From Zancudomyces culisetae HAW-14-8 (lineage: Eukaryota; Fungi; Kickxellomycota), in the NCBI GenBank assembly GCA_052426225.1, contig JBNJNM010000007.1:186001-250000 (forward strand): a DNA stretch of 64,000 bases. The letters are read 5' to 3'. The notes under the pieces were generated by a model that had not been told where the DNA came from, made no database searches, and saw only the letters and a program-made list of their open reading frames with translations. Position 1 is the first letter of the stretch; every line of letters begins with the position of its first letter. A program made the translations under genes and the position numbers. Of the stretch, positions 21,562-33,460 are shown one piece after another.

Positions 21562-22883
21562 ATGGACATTTACAGGGAATTTTCGGCAAAAAATAAACAA
21601 GGGTCTGGTATCAGCCAGGTAAGGCTCATTTTGGATAAAGTAAAATAAAGTACCATAGAGGGGTTTTTTTTGAAAATCATCAATCGAAATTTCGAATAGG
21701 AAATACCAGTAAATGAAAACACTAAAAGATTTGCGGAGGACTTTATACGTGGAAGCATACCAAACACAGGTAATAAAGATAATGTCTACAGAGAGAAGGT
21801 CGGGAAAAAGATTTTGATATTGGAAAATGAGAAGGCAAAGGCGAAAAAAGTCGAGAAAAAGGATTTAAAGAAAAAGAAAAAAAGGCAAAACAAACAGAAA
21901 AAGACAATGTCTGCTCGAGTTATAAAATCGCTGGGTATATACGATGTGCCAAAAGAGCAGCAAAGGTATGTGAAGGCTCAAAATTCTTTTAAATACGAGG
22001 CACGCTTTTTAGTCTTGTTTTTTTTGGGCTGAGCGTAATGTGACCCCCCTAAAATCAAGTCATAAATACATTTTCTTTACAATTGGATTGCCAGAATCAA
22101 TGTTTGTTGGGATGATGAAAAGAAATTGTTGAAATATGACTACCAAGTTGCGGGTAATCAGCACGTGCTAACGCGCTACGCAATTAATAAAAACATTGAA
22201 ATAGGTACGAGAATTTTGAACCATTGAATCAACTGTGGATCGAGTATATACTTCGAATTATGAATAACTGCACAGCCCCTGTAGCATCGCAGCGAATACT
22301 TAAGGCCGACTATCACGGCTCAATAATATCCGGTAAGCGGCGAGTATCTAGGAATATCACATTAGCTATATTTTTGGCATCTTTACCCACTGGAAAGTAT
22401 ATTTCCATATTATGATAGTCTTCAGATGGTCAAAATGATGATTGGAGCGTATGTCTATTTTTTCTTTGAAACATATCTAGTATAAATACTAAACGTGTAA
22501 TCGTATAATCACCGTTTAATAGTTGTAAAGTCAAAATGCTATAACCTGGTAAATCATAAAGGAATCCTAATCCAAGAAACCAAAAACTCTTTTAAAATAA
22601 TATCTAAGGAAAACAAGCTGCTGCGTAAGTGAAAAACTTTGTATAAAACTATAAAATAAAGCTCTGTCACTACTAGCAAAACCTTAATGGTGACTAAAAG
22701 TGGAAGCCAACTTACATTTATTATCGCTATTCCGATAATATATTAGTGATACCCAAAGCAAATTCAATATTCGAGATGGAAGTTTCCAACTACAAGTTTA
22801 CACTGCTTGGAAACCAACTTATTTGCAGGTCTAGTGAGAGGGTTAGCAGGAAATTCAAACCCAGATCGCATATAGATTTATAG
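21562..22883 (+). CDS. POP4: RNase P/MRP protein subunit p29 (Pop4/Rpp29); 5 exons (21562-21618, 21700-21965, 22205-22332, 22523-22624, 22747-22883)
   Basis: The spliced model gives RYENFEPLNQLWIEYI, LKADYHGSIISVVKSKC, GILIQETKNSFKII, IPKANSIF and RSSERVSRKFK, all Rpp29 family motifs. All introns are GT-AG and phase-consistent. Confidence 0.92.
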
Positions 22884-23766
22884 GATTTAGTTGTAATTGT
22901 GAAGAGTGTGTTATATAGAACTTTTATCTTTATCTGCTATCTTTATTATTTTTGATCTTTGTATTTTTTTTAGTACTTTATCACTATGGCCTAACAAAAG
23001 GGATAAATCAAGTATAAACAACCGTTATGTATTAGTAACATGTAGAGCATATGTTGATTTTGTTACCATTAAACACAAAAAATGTATAGCAACTTTAAGT
23101 GGTAATTACCACAATATTCCTGCCAGCAATTAGATCAACTAAATATTAATTTTTGGGAGAAGATGGAGTTATATCCATCAGTGGTGTTGTACCACAAAGG
23201 AACGGGGGTAGAAAGTTTTTTCTTTGATTGGAATATACATATACATGAAGCACACACTCTCTACTATATTATTCCTGGGTACGCTCATTCTTTGTTCTGA
23301 TTAGCAGAAAAAATCTAATTGCCATTCGCTAATTTGCTGCCTGATTCACGTATAACTAAATTGTGCAGAAGGAAAAAAATCAGTGAAATGATTTGGCAAC
23401 AAATAGGCGCAGAGTTTAACAGTAAAAGAACGTTTATTGGAAAAAGTTGATTGCCAAGTTGCAGGAATCACAACCACATTGGTGAAGGGAATAGAAAAAG
23501 TCGATTCCGACAGGCAGGTATAGTCTCAGCAACATATCCATTTTCTTGCTCTAGATTTTTTTTTCTAGTGATTGGAAATCAGCAACCAAATATTTCACAA
23601 GGCTAGTAATAAACTCAAACAAATGTTTTTGAAGTTAGCCAAGTATAAAGACTTTGATATCAACAACTAAGGCAAACAATGAAACATACCATAGGCAATA
23701 CTGGAATTTATGGTGAATAGTAGGAAAACGAAGGTAAATCAACATAAAAGTGAGAAATAAGAGAAC

Positions 23767-25926
23767 ATGCAGGCGAACTTGATTGTCTTGCTCTTTTTGA
23801 TTTTGAGGTCAAGTGTCATCCATGGAGAGCAGGTATCGTGGTTAAAGGCAGAGGATAATGGCAAAATAAATAAACACAATCAAGGTAATCAATTCAGCGA
23901 AGCAGCTATTCCTATTTTCAGCAATCCTAAAAATCGAGAACCCGAAAATGACATTCAAAATAAGGCGAATGCAAACACAAATGCAAATACAAATACAAAT
24001 ACAAAGACAAAGACAAAGACAAACAAAAAAATAAAAGATGCAAACGTGAATGATATCAGAGATATAAAGGAAAATTCGGATAGTACAAGGTTGGAAAACC
24101 AGCTAAACAAAGATGCAAAAGCCAACAAAAGAGAGATTTATGAAGAAAAAATACTGGGAATAATATATCAAACCTTAGGCGTAGAGTATTTGAACATACT
24201 TTTAAGAAATATTCTTGGGTTGATAATATCAATAGTTCAAAGTGTTTTTGAAAATTGGACGTTTACATTTGCCCAGGGAATCATTGTGGGGCAGCTGAGT
24301 ATAATCATAATCATGGCTGCTACAGTCAAGTATTTGTTTTTAGAAAGTTCTGAAAGTCAAAATGACAGAAGGAGAATAGAAAGAGAAGATCAAGTATACA
24401 GATTTTTAAACATTGATTCAAAATTTGGCGGTAAAGGAATATCACGATATATTTTTTCAAGTAAGAAACAGAAGGGTAGTTCGGAAGATTCAGAAAAGGC
24501 GGAAATGAAGAAACTTGGAGAGGATATACTGTTTCGTACCAAATACAAGTTGGTCGAGATGCCATTTGAATCAACTTCCTGGCTGACGGTAATGGTTGCA
24601 CAATTATACGGCAAGATTAGATACGAGCTCGAGAAAACCGGAAATGTAGTTCGGCTAATAAGTGAGGCATTAAACAGCGAAAAGAAACCATCGTTTGTTG
24701 ATGAGGTGAAAATCACACAACTTACATTAGGAACAAATTTTCCTCGAATTTTAGCAGCCAAAGTGACACCCGGGGGCAGCACTTTTGGAATGAAAACTGT
24801 GTTTAAGATTGAGTTCACAGATGCATTAACGATTGGATTCGATACTCGACTTAAGCTCAATTGGCCCAAAGCAGATGTGGCTGTTCTTCCGGTTTCGATG
24901 GTGTTGACTGCAACAAAATTTACTGGGACGCTGTCTGTGGATATTATTTCGGACAAGCAAAACTGTGTAGAGATCTCAGTTTTGCCCAATTATAGACTAG
25001 ATATGGACGTACAAACCTTAGTTGGGGAACAGGCAAAACTCCAAAATCTTCCCATGTTGACATCTCTGATTATTCGTAAAATTCGTGCGGCATTTGCGAA
25101 TGCTATTGTGTATCCCAACAGCAAAAGAGTGGGAATACAACTTCCATTTACCAATGCAAACCCCAGCGAGCCGAACGTAGAAAAGAGTGCTGGTGGTGGT
25201 AACTATAAATTTACCAATTCGATAGGAAATTTTGTCAATAGGTTTGCCAAATTAGAGGTAAAGAAATTCGAGCCTGAGCCAAATGACCAGAATACTGATT
25301 ACAATATTGATTCGGGTTCGGATATTGAAAGTGAAAATCATATAGAACGAGATATTTTATCCAGCCAGTATATTCAAGGTAATCAAAAGGAGCTAGGAAC
25401 TAAAAAATCTATAGATAGAATAGCCAAATCAGATGTGGAAGGACACCACAGCCGCAATGTTTATGAACAACAGGGTATTAATAGCATGCGGGACCTGAAT
25501 CTCTTTGTAAACACATATTCACCAAAGAAACAAAGATATGACCATTCTGGTCCGCTAGACTCGACTAACCCTCTTTCTGCTTACAGCGCCCAGCACTCAC
25601 AACACAGCTCACAAATATTTGGTAACCTGCGGGGTAATCCCGGTACCGGTGCCAGTTTGTACGAAGAACTGGCGAGGACCCGGCTAAGGAATCCAGTACA
25701 CCACAGCCACCAAGTCACGAACACTCATGAAGATTCTAAAGTTCTGTCGTATATTGCAAACAAGGACAAAGAGTTTTTTTTGACTAGATCGCAAAGTAAT
25801 GGGGTAACGGCTAAAGGTCTGGCAGCGGAGACGCCGACATATGATACTAGACATTTGTTGTGGGATTATGATGATTATGCGGACAGGGGTATCTATCATA
25901 GCAGTAGTAAACGCAATTCTACTTGA
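23767..25926 (+). CDS. MMM1: ERMES subunit Mmm1 (SMP lipid-transfer domain), with an N-terminal signal-like segment and C-terminal extension
   Basis: WTFTFAQGIIVGQLS transmembrane segment, ESTSWLTVMVAQ, LGTNFPRI, DTRLKLNWPKADVAVLPVSM and LVGEQAKLQNLPML match the Mmm1 SMP domain. Confidence 0.9.
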   Translation: MQANLIVLLFLILRSSVIHGEQVSWLKAEDNGKINKHNQGNQFSEAAIPIFSNPKNREPENDIQNKANANTNANTNTNTKTKTKTNKKIKDANVNDIRDIKENSDSTRLENQLNKDAKANKREIYEEKILGIIYQTLGVEYLNILLRNILGLIISIVQSVFENWTFTFAQGIIVGQLSIIIIMAATVKYLFLESSESQNDRRRIEREDQVYRFLNIDSKFGGKGISRYIFSSKKQKGSSEDSEKAEMKKLGEDILFRTKYKLVEMPFESTSWLTVMVAQLYGKIRYELEKTGNVVRLISEALNSEKKPSFVDEVKITQLTLGTNFPRILAAKVTPGGSTFGMKTVFKIEFTDALTIGFDTRLKLNWPKADVAVLPVSMVLTATKFTGTLSVDIISDKQNCVEISVLPNYRLDMDVQTLVGEQAKLQNLPMLTSLIIRKIRAAFANAIVYPNSKRVGIQLPFTNANPSEPNVEKSAGGGNYKFTNSIGNFVNRFAKLEVKKFEPEPNDQNTDYNIDSGSDIESENHIERDILSSQYIQGNQKELGTKKSIDRIAKSDVEGHHSRNVYEQQGINSMRDLNLFVNTYSPKKQRYDHSGPLDSTNPLSAYSAQHSQHSSQIFGNLRGNPGTGASLYEELARTRLRNPVHHSHQVTNTHEDSKVLSYIANKDKEFFLTRSQSNGVTAKGLAAETPTYDTRHLLWDYDDYADRGIYHSSSKRNST

Positions 25927-27800
25927 GGGACATTTCAAGGAATGGATTGTTTTTTATATAGATAATACACGGAGAGGGAAGAAATATTTGTTTTTTATGG
26001 GTTTTACTGTTAATGTGTGTGTTCATAGTTAGTTATTTTTTTCTTAAACAATACATAATATTGGGGAGAGTAGTGTAGAAATGATGATATTAAAAATAAA
26101 TGGTAGTAGTATTAACAAGAAGGCTGAAGTCCATCACCGTTTTCCTTACTAGAAATGTGATAATAAGGTTAATTTGTGATGAAGGGAAAAGGTGTAGGGA
26201 TGTGATCGAAGCGAGCATCTATCAGTGTGTGCTTTTTTTTTACATTGTTTTCATCCTCTGCTTATATGTAGACGTCCATGTGAGTTGAAGTGAAGATAAT
26301 TATTCTATACTACCAGGTAGAAGGGGAAGGGGGACGAGGTAATGCTGAATAAAGCTTGTAATTTCCACTACTATCGATTGTTGTTTGAGATGGTTACAAA
26401 GTGATACAGCTAGTACGGATGTTTTCTTTTCTTTTCCTCCCCTTTATTTTGTTTTGGTTTCTTTTCTTTTCTTTGTTGCTATGTTCAACCCGGTGAAAGG
26501 AGTTGGCAGAGGAGATAGGTGAGTGAATCTGAAAAGTATTAGATGAAACAAGCAAACAATTAGCAAAGTATCTAAAAAGCTGGACAAAGGAGTACAAACA
26601 ATTGGCTAGTTTATACTAGAGCGAAAAATGAGGATAAGGAAATGGGAGGATCGCTTCTATGGTAACAGAGAGTATTGGGTGGGTAAATGTGGACCACAGA
26701 TTGATAATTTTTGCAGATATTGCGGGTAAATAAAGCCAAGGTTTGGAAAAGAGAGGAAAAAGGCATGAAAATGGTCAGGGCTTTTGCATGTGGAAAGCTT
26801 TGAGACGTTTTTAGTTTCTTTTCAGTTTATTTGTTTTTCTTTTTTGAACTGCAAACAAGCATAAATGATGAACATTGCTCATGCTTAATTATATTTGTGG
26901 AAGTCTAGTATATTGAGTCTGGAACAAGTACTTGAATGTTGAGAGGAGGAGATGGGGTAAATAAATAAAGTGCAAGCGAATTAGCTGTATAGATTAACAC
27001 GAAATTTTAGGAATAATAATAATAAAAAGGGGAGGAAAAAAAAAAGAGGAAATTGGCAGGAGGGAACGGGAGAGTTAGGGGGTTGGGAGACAAGAGTTAG
27101 GAAGTATGAGGTAGGAGGTAGGAGTTGGTGGGGCAGGGGGATTAGGGCTTTTTTTATATTACTTGTGCCAAGTTAACTCGCCTACTTTCAAGATTGCACA
27201 TCACAAATTAACAATGTTGAAATTGATAATTGTAGAAACACCAAAAAAATATCAACATCTTATTCGATAGTAGAAGCCAAACAAATGGTTGGCTAGTTCT
27301 TTTCTCAAACGTGGACAAAATTATGTGTGTGTAGGTTGTTTTAAGCTCAGAAAAAGTGGACTTGTTAAGCTGAAATAATATTTAACGACCTACCTTTTTC
27401 ATGCTTAACATATTATAATTTGAACTGTAAAAAAAGGGATATAACCGATAATTAGTGTCCTATTTTTGCGTGAAGGAACAGACGAAACTTGAAAAGTAAG
27501 AGACTAAGCTAAATCTGGAATGCACTCTTGCTTGCTAATTAATAGCACTAGAGTTTGAAATGAAAGGAATTCGATCAAGTAATTACTGAACAGAGCAGGA
27601 TTTGCTTGATTTCATATTCCATTTTAAAAACATACAAAGAAGGAAAAACTGAATTCCTGGATAATATATATAAAGGCCAAAAATCGAGAATAACACGGAA
27701 GGAAAGGAATAGTGAGGAAACATAATAAGTATAAAAAATCACAAAATCAAAAACAGATCAAAGGCAGGTGTACGGAAAGAAACGTACAACGGGTTGAAAA

Positions 27801-30800
27801 ATGAACTATAAAGGATCAACTCTGGCAAACAGAATTGATACAGCGAGATGTATGGGGCAATGGACTGAAGTTTCATCGCTTGCAAAGAAATATACCAAGT
27901 CAGCAGAGAGAGGGAACAACACTTCATTTGAAAGGGTGTTGGAGGCCGAAGCCAAGCTCGAAAAATTCTTGGCGGGGGTAAAATGGGACCCAACAAAGCG
28001 CTGGAGAAGAGAGGGAGAGATTATTGAGTATGTTTCAAAAGGAATAGATGGTACTGATAAGGCGAAGAGGAGGTACCGGATAGAGTATCCAACCATTTTC
28101 AAGGACTCGGAGGAACTGGAGGAAGTGAAAACGATTTTGGATGAATTGGCAAAAGTGCAAATGAATGAGAAGGAAGAATGGCAATTTAAAGTGGTTAGAG
28201 CAAAAAATTACTACTTTTTGGGAAACATGCAGGAGTGTGGAAAGATATTGGATGAGCTTGGCACAGAATACGAGGAGAGCTCCTTATCGCCCGTGTATGG
28301 TTTTAGGTTATATATTTTAGCGATGGTGATCAAAGGAATTCTCTATGAAAAAAAGGCGGAGTTTGAAAAGGCAGAGGAACTGTATACCAAGGTGACAGAG
28401 AAATACAAGGAAAAGCTGGATGGAAGAGCCGTCTTGGTTGTAGCACAGCGCAATAAGGATAGGAGTGAAGAGTTGGTGCATTGGGCGGAGGAACTGTTGT
28501 ACAGAAAGGCGATGGTTTCATTGGTTCTGAAAGGAAAAGATGCGATAGAAGGTTGTGAGGAATATCTGCATAGTATGGAAGGAGCAAATCCCAAGAGATT
28601 TAGGCGGGTTAGGCGGGCAATGATGATAAGAACGATTATCAGAGTGATTTCGGAAATTCACAGCAAAGGAGAGTATGAAAAGTGGGTTTTGGAGCAACGG
28701 CAAGCAGGGAAGCGGATCAAGAGTTTTCGAGATTATGTAACGGAGTTACATGGTCGATTGATGGAGCTTTACAAGCGCAGTTTGAAGTTTCCAAAGGCCA
28801 GTCATCAAAATATGTTGGTGGTTGAGGAGGCGATCCAGGCGACAGGTGACTGGAGGCGAGCCAACGCGACATCTTTGGCAGATCTTGTGCAGCTGTTGCG
28901 GATCTTGTACGAGTGCGCAAATCTTACATATAACTCGCTGGCAGTGATGAGGTGCCTGGCAAACACTTTGATACAATTTGGGGATTACCACGAGGGGTAT
29001 TTGGCAATCCGGACATACACCACGCTCGTGAAACACAACTTGGATAGTAAGAGGAAGGATATACTGGCGGCGCTCGAGAAGGTCGGTGAAAACGGGTCAC
29101 AAAAGGAGCTGGAAAAGGAATTGAAGGTGCGAATAGGGAACTTTGAAGACGAGGGCTTGGGTAAAATTGTAGAGACGTTGGCAATAGGGATGCATTTGAT
29201 GATATGCCAGCTTGGAAAGACCAAAGAGGCATTGGAAGTGTATCGGCTAGTATCAGAAATAAGTGAAGCACCAAAAAATACTATATGTATTGGGAATGTA
29301 AGCAGTCAAGTGGGGGAATACTTGTTGGCAAAGGTAGAAATAGCCAAGGGAATGAGTTATGGAGTGTTATCACGAAGTGAACATTCACCGGAAAAGCGAG
29401 GAAAGTCACACCAGATAGCAATAAATAGTTTTAGTAGTGCCATTGAAAAGTGCGAAAAGGGATTGGAGAGGCTTAAGGATCAAAAGGGTGGTGAGGAGTA
29501 CCTAAAGACTTTGACGATAAAATCGGAGGCACACTTCTACTTGGGACTTCAGAATGCCGTTGGGGGGCGAGACATTAAAGAGGCGGTCCAGCAGATCAAG
29601 AAATCGTTGAATTTGGAGCCAAAGAGTATTAGGGCATGGCATTTGTTAGCACTTTTAATGACTAGTGCGGCTTCCGCACAAGTAGATACAGAGGAAGGTG
29701 TGGTTGGAGATGGTGCAGATGGTAGGCGAGTAAAAAGTGGTAACAGAGGTACACAAAATGAACGGTTTAAGCTTGCTCTTCAAGTCTGCGAAATTGGTTT
29801 ACGGCAAAGCGAGTGGTGGTGGAGTGTAGAAAAGGAGATTCTGAGTGAACAAGTTACAAACAACGGTGGAAGTGTCGGAAACAACGGAAACAATAACAAT
29901 AATGGAGTCGGGAATGCAGTTGGAGGGGATGCTCAAAAGGCAGGAAATGACCAACGACGGTTTACTGGTCCATCAATGAACAGCCTTGCGCCGATTGCAC
30001 CAATGCTATCACTCGACAACCATCGGGAAAAGAATCTGGTAGGGTTCAGTTTGGAGGAAGGTATCGAGTATCTCAACCTCCGCCTATTGCAGTGTCGGTT
30101 GCGAAAGGAGATAGAAGGGCCAGAGGCAGCACTCGAGTCGATTTCGGTGCTGTTTCGGTTGTATAGTCGGGTGTGTGGACCAGCACAAGCGCTTCCACCA
30201 GATCTCCATGATGCATCTAAGGCTCTACTGCTTCTAAACGAACAGGCGTATGAAGAGTTTTATCCAGAATACTACTATGAAGGTGTTAGAAGAACGAGTA
30301 TGGGTAGTGGACGAATGGGGGGATTCTTTGGGGGTGGAGGAGGTGGAAGTGGAAGTGGGGGAGTAGTACCTGGAGGAGGAATAGATGGTCGATCCAAACT
30401 CAAGAAGCACAAAAATAGGTTTGGTGATGCGTTATCGGTGTTGAGTTCAGGGCGTATTTCATCGATTGCACATTCGACTATGAAGCCAAAGACGCTAGCT
30501 AAATCGATTGCGAGAAGCATGTTGTCAGTTAGGGCACCAGCAATGAAATGGAAAAACCACCACCATCAACAACAGCAGCAGCAGAATGATGAAGAGCCAC
30601 AAGCTAATGAGGAGCAACAACAACGACCTGCGTCAAAGCCAACGAAAAAACAATTTATTGCTGGTAAATTAAAGACAGTCAAACAGCAGTTCAACAAAAA
30701 GTCGAAAAAACAAAAAAACTCGGAGACGAAAGGCAGAAGAGACTCGGCGGACCGTGAACATAGTGCCAGACATGAAGCAAGCGAAGACGAAGATTTTTAT

Positions 30801-33308
30801 GAAGAAGATGAAAACCATGTTAGTATTGAGGAGGATGGGAGAAGAGGAAGAGGAAGAGCAAGAGCAAGAGCAAGAGGGGGTGTAGAAATACAAATACAAA
30901 TAGAAACTGAAACTGACACGGATACGGATACGAATACGGATACAGAAAAGAGAGCACGAACAAAACGTAGTACTAGAGTACCTATTCCAGCACTGGTAAC
31001 AACTCGTGATGTAGAGAGCGACTCCTCTGCTTTTTCTCCAAATTCAAATACTCATAACCGCACACATGACGAGGATGAAAGTGGGTACAGTTATGCAGAG
31101 AACGATGGTAAAGATGAGGATGAAGATGAAGATGAGGATGAGTATTCGTCTGAATCATCCTCTAGTGCTTCTGTCACAGGAGTAGCTGGTCCAGAAGCAA
31201 CAAAGCGCGTTAACAGTAAGAAGAAGCATTCAAGTGGCAAAACTAAAGCCGAAATAGCCAAGCAAAAATCCAAAAAGGCCAAGGAATTGTTCAAGAAAAA
31301 GACTTCTGGTAAACAGAAAAACAAACAAGATTCGCAAATTAATGGGGACGATGACTACGAAGATGAGCTTGATAAAAATCGCAAAAAACCCGAAGAAACT
31401 GAACCACAACACACCATCAAGCCCGTTGCTGTTGGTTACTACCAGCCTCCCTCCAAACAATCAAGTAAGCAAATACCTGTTCTGATTACTGCTCCATCTG
31501 GCTCAGTTGCCTACTTTAATCGCCAAGAAGACCTTTCCAATGTGTTTTTGCATGATAAACGCCGACTCCACCACAACCCAACACAACAACAGCAGCAGCA
31601 CCAACAACAGCACCAACAGCAACAGCGTATGATGTTGATAAACACTATTAACACTGTTAACGGTAAGCAGAATACATCCGCAGTTGATAGGATTGGTACA
31701 GCCAGTCCCAGTAGTATCAATCACAATGCGTTAGCAATAGCCGGCCGTGTTAGCGGGCTGTACCAGCGCGATTCATTCCACTCACGACGTGAAGATGCGT
31801 TGAAAAACCTTATTAATAAGCGGGAAGATCAGACGCCTGGTATTTCTCCTACTGATGGACCAGGAAATACCTCACAGTCTAAATTCCCAAGTTCAAGCTC
31901 AGCTCAGGGCGAACAAGGCAAGGAAAAAGAGAAAGGCAAAAGAAATGAACACGAGGAATTGGAGCAAGAAACCCCGCTAATAGTCGCTACAACCACCAGC
32001 AACTCTCCGTACACAAATGTCTACTTTAAACTGACAGTCACTCGGCTGGGTCGTATTCGTACCGTTGCTAATGAGCTGCTTAGTCGTATCTGGCTACTGA
32101 GTGCCGAATGTTTTTTGCAGCTTGGCCGGTATGCGGATGCGTTTGGAGCCGCGTCGGATGCAGCTACAGCTAACCCCCTAGAACCACGCGTGATGTTGTT
32201 GAAGAGTCAGATATATTTGGCACAGAAACAGCTGCAGCTACAGCAACATGCACAAGTTCAAATTCAAATGCAACAACAATATCAACCATTTTCGCCATTT
32301 GTTACAATGACCACTACCACCACTACGACAACGACAACAACAACCACTACTACCTTATCAGGTAATAGCAATAGTGATAATGGCGGTAGTATTCATCAAT
32401 ATCAAACTGAAGATTCCCTTGCATTATTAACAGCTGCAACTAGCGAGCTCCGCGCAGCTGTTTCCCTGGCTCCACATCATCCCGAAGCTCTCGTTTCATT
32501 AGCACGATTGGAGTGTGAACTAGGACACTGGCAAATTGCGTATGGATTGGTATCCGAAGCTGTTCAGGGTGTTGGATGGTCAAATCCGGAGGCGTGGCTA
32601 TCACTAGCACGGTTGGAAAAGCAAGCTGTCAAGCGTAATGTCAAGATGGAGGTTCGTTCAGCGGCTTCGAATGATCAAGGGATCTTTTCATTTGACACAA
32701 AAAACATGGGTTCCTCCCATTCCCATTCCCATTCCCATTCTCCGTCTCCTTCTAATGGCACTCCAGGTGCAAATACTAATAGACAAAAAGAAAAAGAAAA
32801 AGAAAAAGAAAAAGAAACGCAAAAAGAGAATGGAAAAGGAAACGAGACTGATTTTCTTGGTGCCAGTTCTAAATTGTCATTCAATCTCACAAGCTTTTAT
32901 ACGAAAAGCAACATCAATGATACTGCCGCTACTACTACTACTACCTCTATAACAGTTGATAACACTAAGAACTTTGATAACGATGCTTTTTCGGTGCTGG
33001 AAAAAGCCGAGATCCTATCAAGAATGCAATCTCCTGCTTCAACTACACAGCTTAGTGTCAATATTCCAGAAACAGGTACCCTCAATCCCGATGCTAACCC
33101 TAACCTGAATCTCGAAACCAGTACCAATACTAATGCCAACACCAACGCCAACGCCAGCATTAGTAGCGGTGGGAATGATCGTGTTGGTGGTTATCACAAC
33201 AGCTACCTTGATACTGCGTGGACCAGAGTACGGCACTTTTTGACATTTGCTCTAGAACTGCAAGAGTCACAACCTATTGAGCCATTTGAATCTGTTTTAT
33301 CTTTTTGA
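27801..33308 (+). CDS. YPP1: Ypp1/TTC7 TPR scaffold of the plasma-membrane PI4-kinase complex, expanded to 1835 aa
   Basis: N-terminal IDTARCMGQW, TPR segments, RAWHLLALLMTS, RIWLLSAECFLQLG, WSNPEAWLSLA and the C-terminal ALELQESQPIEPF typical of Ypp1/TTC7. Confidence 0.85.
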   Translation: MNYKGSTLANRIDTARCMGQWTEVSSLAKKYTKSAERGNNTSFERVLEAEAKLEKFLAGVKWDPTKRWRREGEIIEYVSKGIDGTDKAKRRYRIEYPTIFKDSEELEEVKTILDELAKVQMNEKEEWQFKVVRAKNYYFLGNMQECGKILDELGTEYEESSLSPVYGFRLYILAMVIKGILYEKKAEFEKAEELYTKVTEKYKEKLDGRAVLVVAQRNKDRSEELVHWAEELLYRKAMVSLVLKGKDAIEGCEEYLHSMEGANPKRFRRVRRAMMIRTIIRVISEIHSKGEYEKWVLEQRQAGKRIKSFRDYVTELHGRLMELYKRSLKFPKASHQNMLVVEEAIQATGDWRRANATSLADLVQLLRILYECANLTYNSLAVMRCLANTLIQFGDYHEGYLAIRTYTTLVKHNLDSKRKDILAALEKVGENGSQKELEKELKVRIGNFEDEGLGKIVETLAIGMHLMICQLGKTKEALEVYRLVSEISEAPKNTICIGNVSSQVGEYLLAKVEIAKGMSYGVLSRSEHSPEKRGKSHQIAINSFSSAIEKCEKGLERLKDQKGGEEYLKTLTIKSEAHFYLGLQNAVGGRDIKEAVQQIKKSLNLEPKSIRAWHLLALLMTSAASAQVDTEEGVVGDGADGRRVKSGNRGTQNERFKLALQVCEIGLRQSEWWWSVEKEILSEQVTNNGGSVGNNGNNNNNGVGNAVGGDAQKAGNDQRRFTGPSMNSLAPIAPMLSLDNHREKNLVGFSLEEGIEYLNLRLLQCRLRKEIEGPEAALESISVLFRLYSRVCGPAQALPPDLHDASKALLLLNEQAYEEFYPEYYYEGVRRTSMGSGRMGGFFGGGGGGSGSGGVVPGGGIDGRSKLKKHKNRFGDALSVLSSGRISSIAHSTMKPKTLAKSIARSMLSVRAPAMKWKNHHHQQQQQQNDEEPQANEEQQQRPASKPTKKQFIAGKLKTVKQQFNKKSKKQKNSETKGRRDSADREHSARHEASEDEDFYEEDENHVSIEEDGRRGRGRARARARGGVEIQIQIETETDTDTDTNTDTEKRARTKRSTRVPIPALVTTRDVESDSSAFSPNSNTHNRTHDEDESGYSYAENDGKDEDEDEDEDEYSSESSSSASVTGVAGPEATKRVNSKKKHSSGKTKAEIAKQKSKKAKELFKKKTSGKQKNKQDSQINGDDDYEDELDKNRKKPEETEPQHTIKPVAVGYYQPPSKQSSKQIPVLITAPSGSVAYFNRQEDLSNVFLHDKRRLHHNPTQQQQQHQQQHQQQQRMMLINTINTVNGKQNTSAVDRIGTASPSSINHNALAIAGRVSGLYQRDSFHSRREDALKNLINKREDQTPGISPTDGPGNTSQSKFPSSSSAQGEQGKEKEKGKRNEHEELEQETPLIVATTTSNSPYTNVYFKLTVTRLGRIRTVANELLSRIWLLSAECFLQLGRYADAFGAASDAATANPLEPRVMLLKSQIYLAQKQLQLQQHAQVQIQMQQQYQPFSPFVTMTTTTTTTTTTTTTTTLSGNSNSDNGGSIHQYQTEDSLALLTAATSELRAAVSLAPHHPEALVSLARLECELGHWQIAYGLVSEAVQGVGWSNPEAWLSLARLEKQAVKRNVKMEVRSAASNDQGIFSFDTKNMGSSHSHSHSHSPSPSNGTPGANTNRQKEKEKEKEKETQKENGKGNETDFLGASSKLSFNLTSFYTKSNINDTAATTTTTSITVDNTKNFDNDAFSVLEKAEILSRMQSPASTTQLSVNIPETGTLNPDANPNLNLETSTNTNANTNANASISSGGNDRVGGYHNSYLDTAWTRVRHFLTFALELQESQPIEPFESVLSF

Positions 33309-33399
33309 TTCTTTTATTTAACTTTAATTATATATCAATCCTATCTATTCCGATACACTTGCTTTTTAACTTTTTATACTACCTTAATTATTAAAAAGA

Positions 33400-33401
<2 letters not shown>

Positions 33402-33433
<32 letters not shown>
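33402..33433. repeat. (AAT)n microsatellite in the short spacer between convergent YPP1 and CEM1
   Basis: About 10 tandem TAA/AAT units are visible directly. Confidence 0.9.
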
Positions 33434-33437
<4 letters not shown>

Positions 33438-33460
33438 TGACAAACTTTCCGATCATTTAT

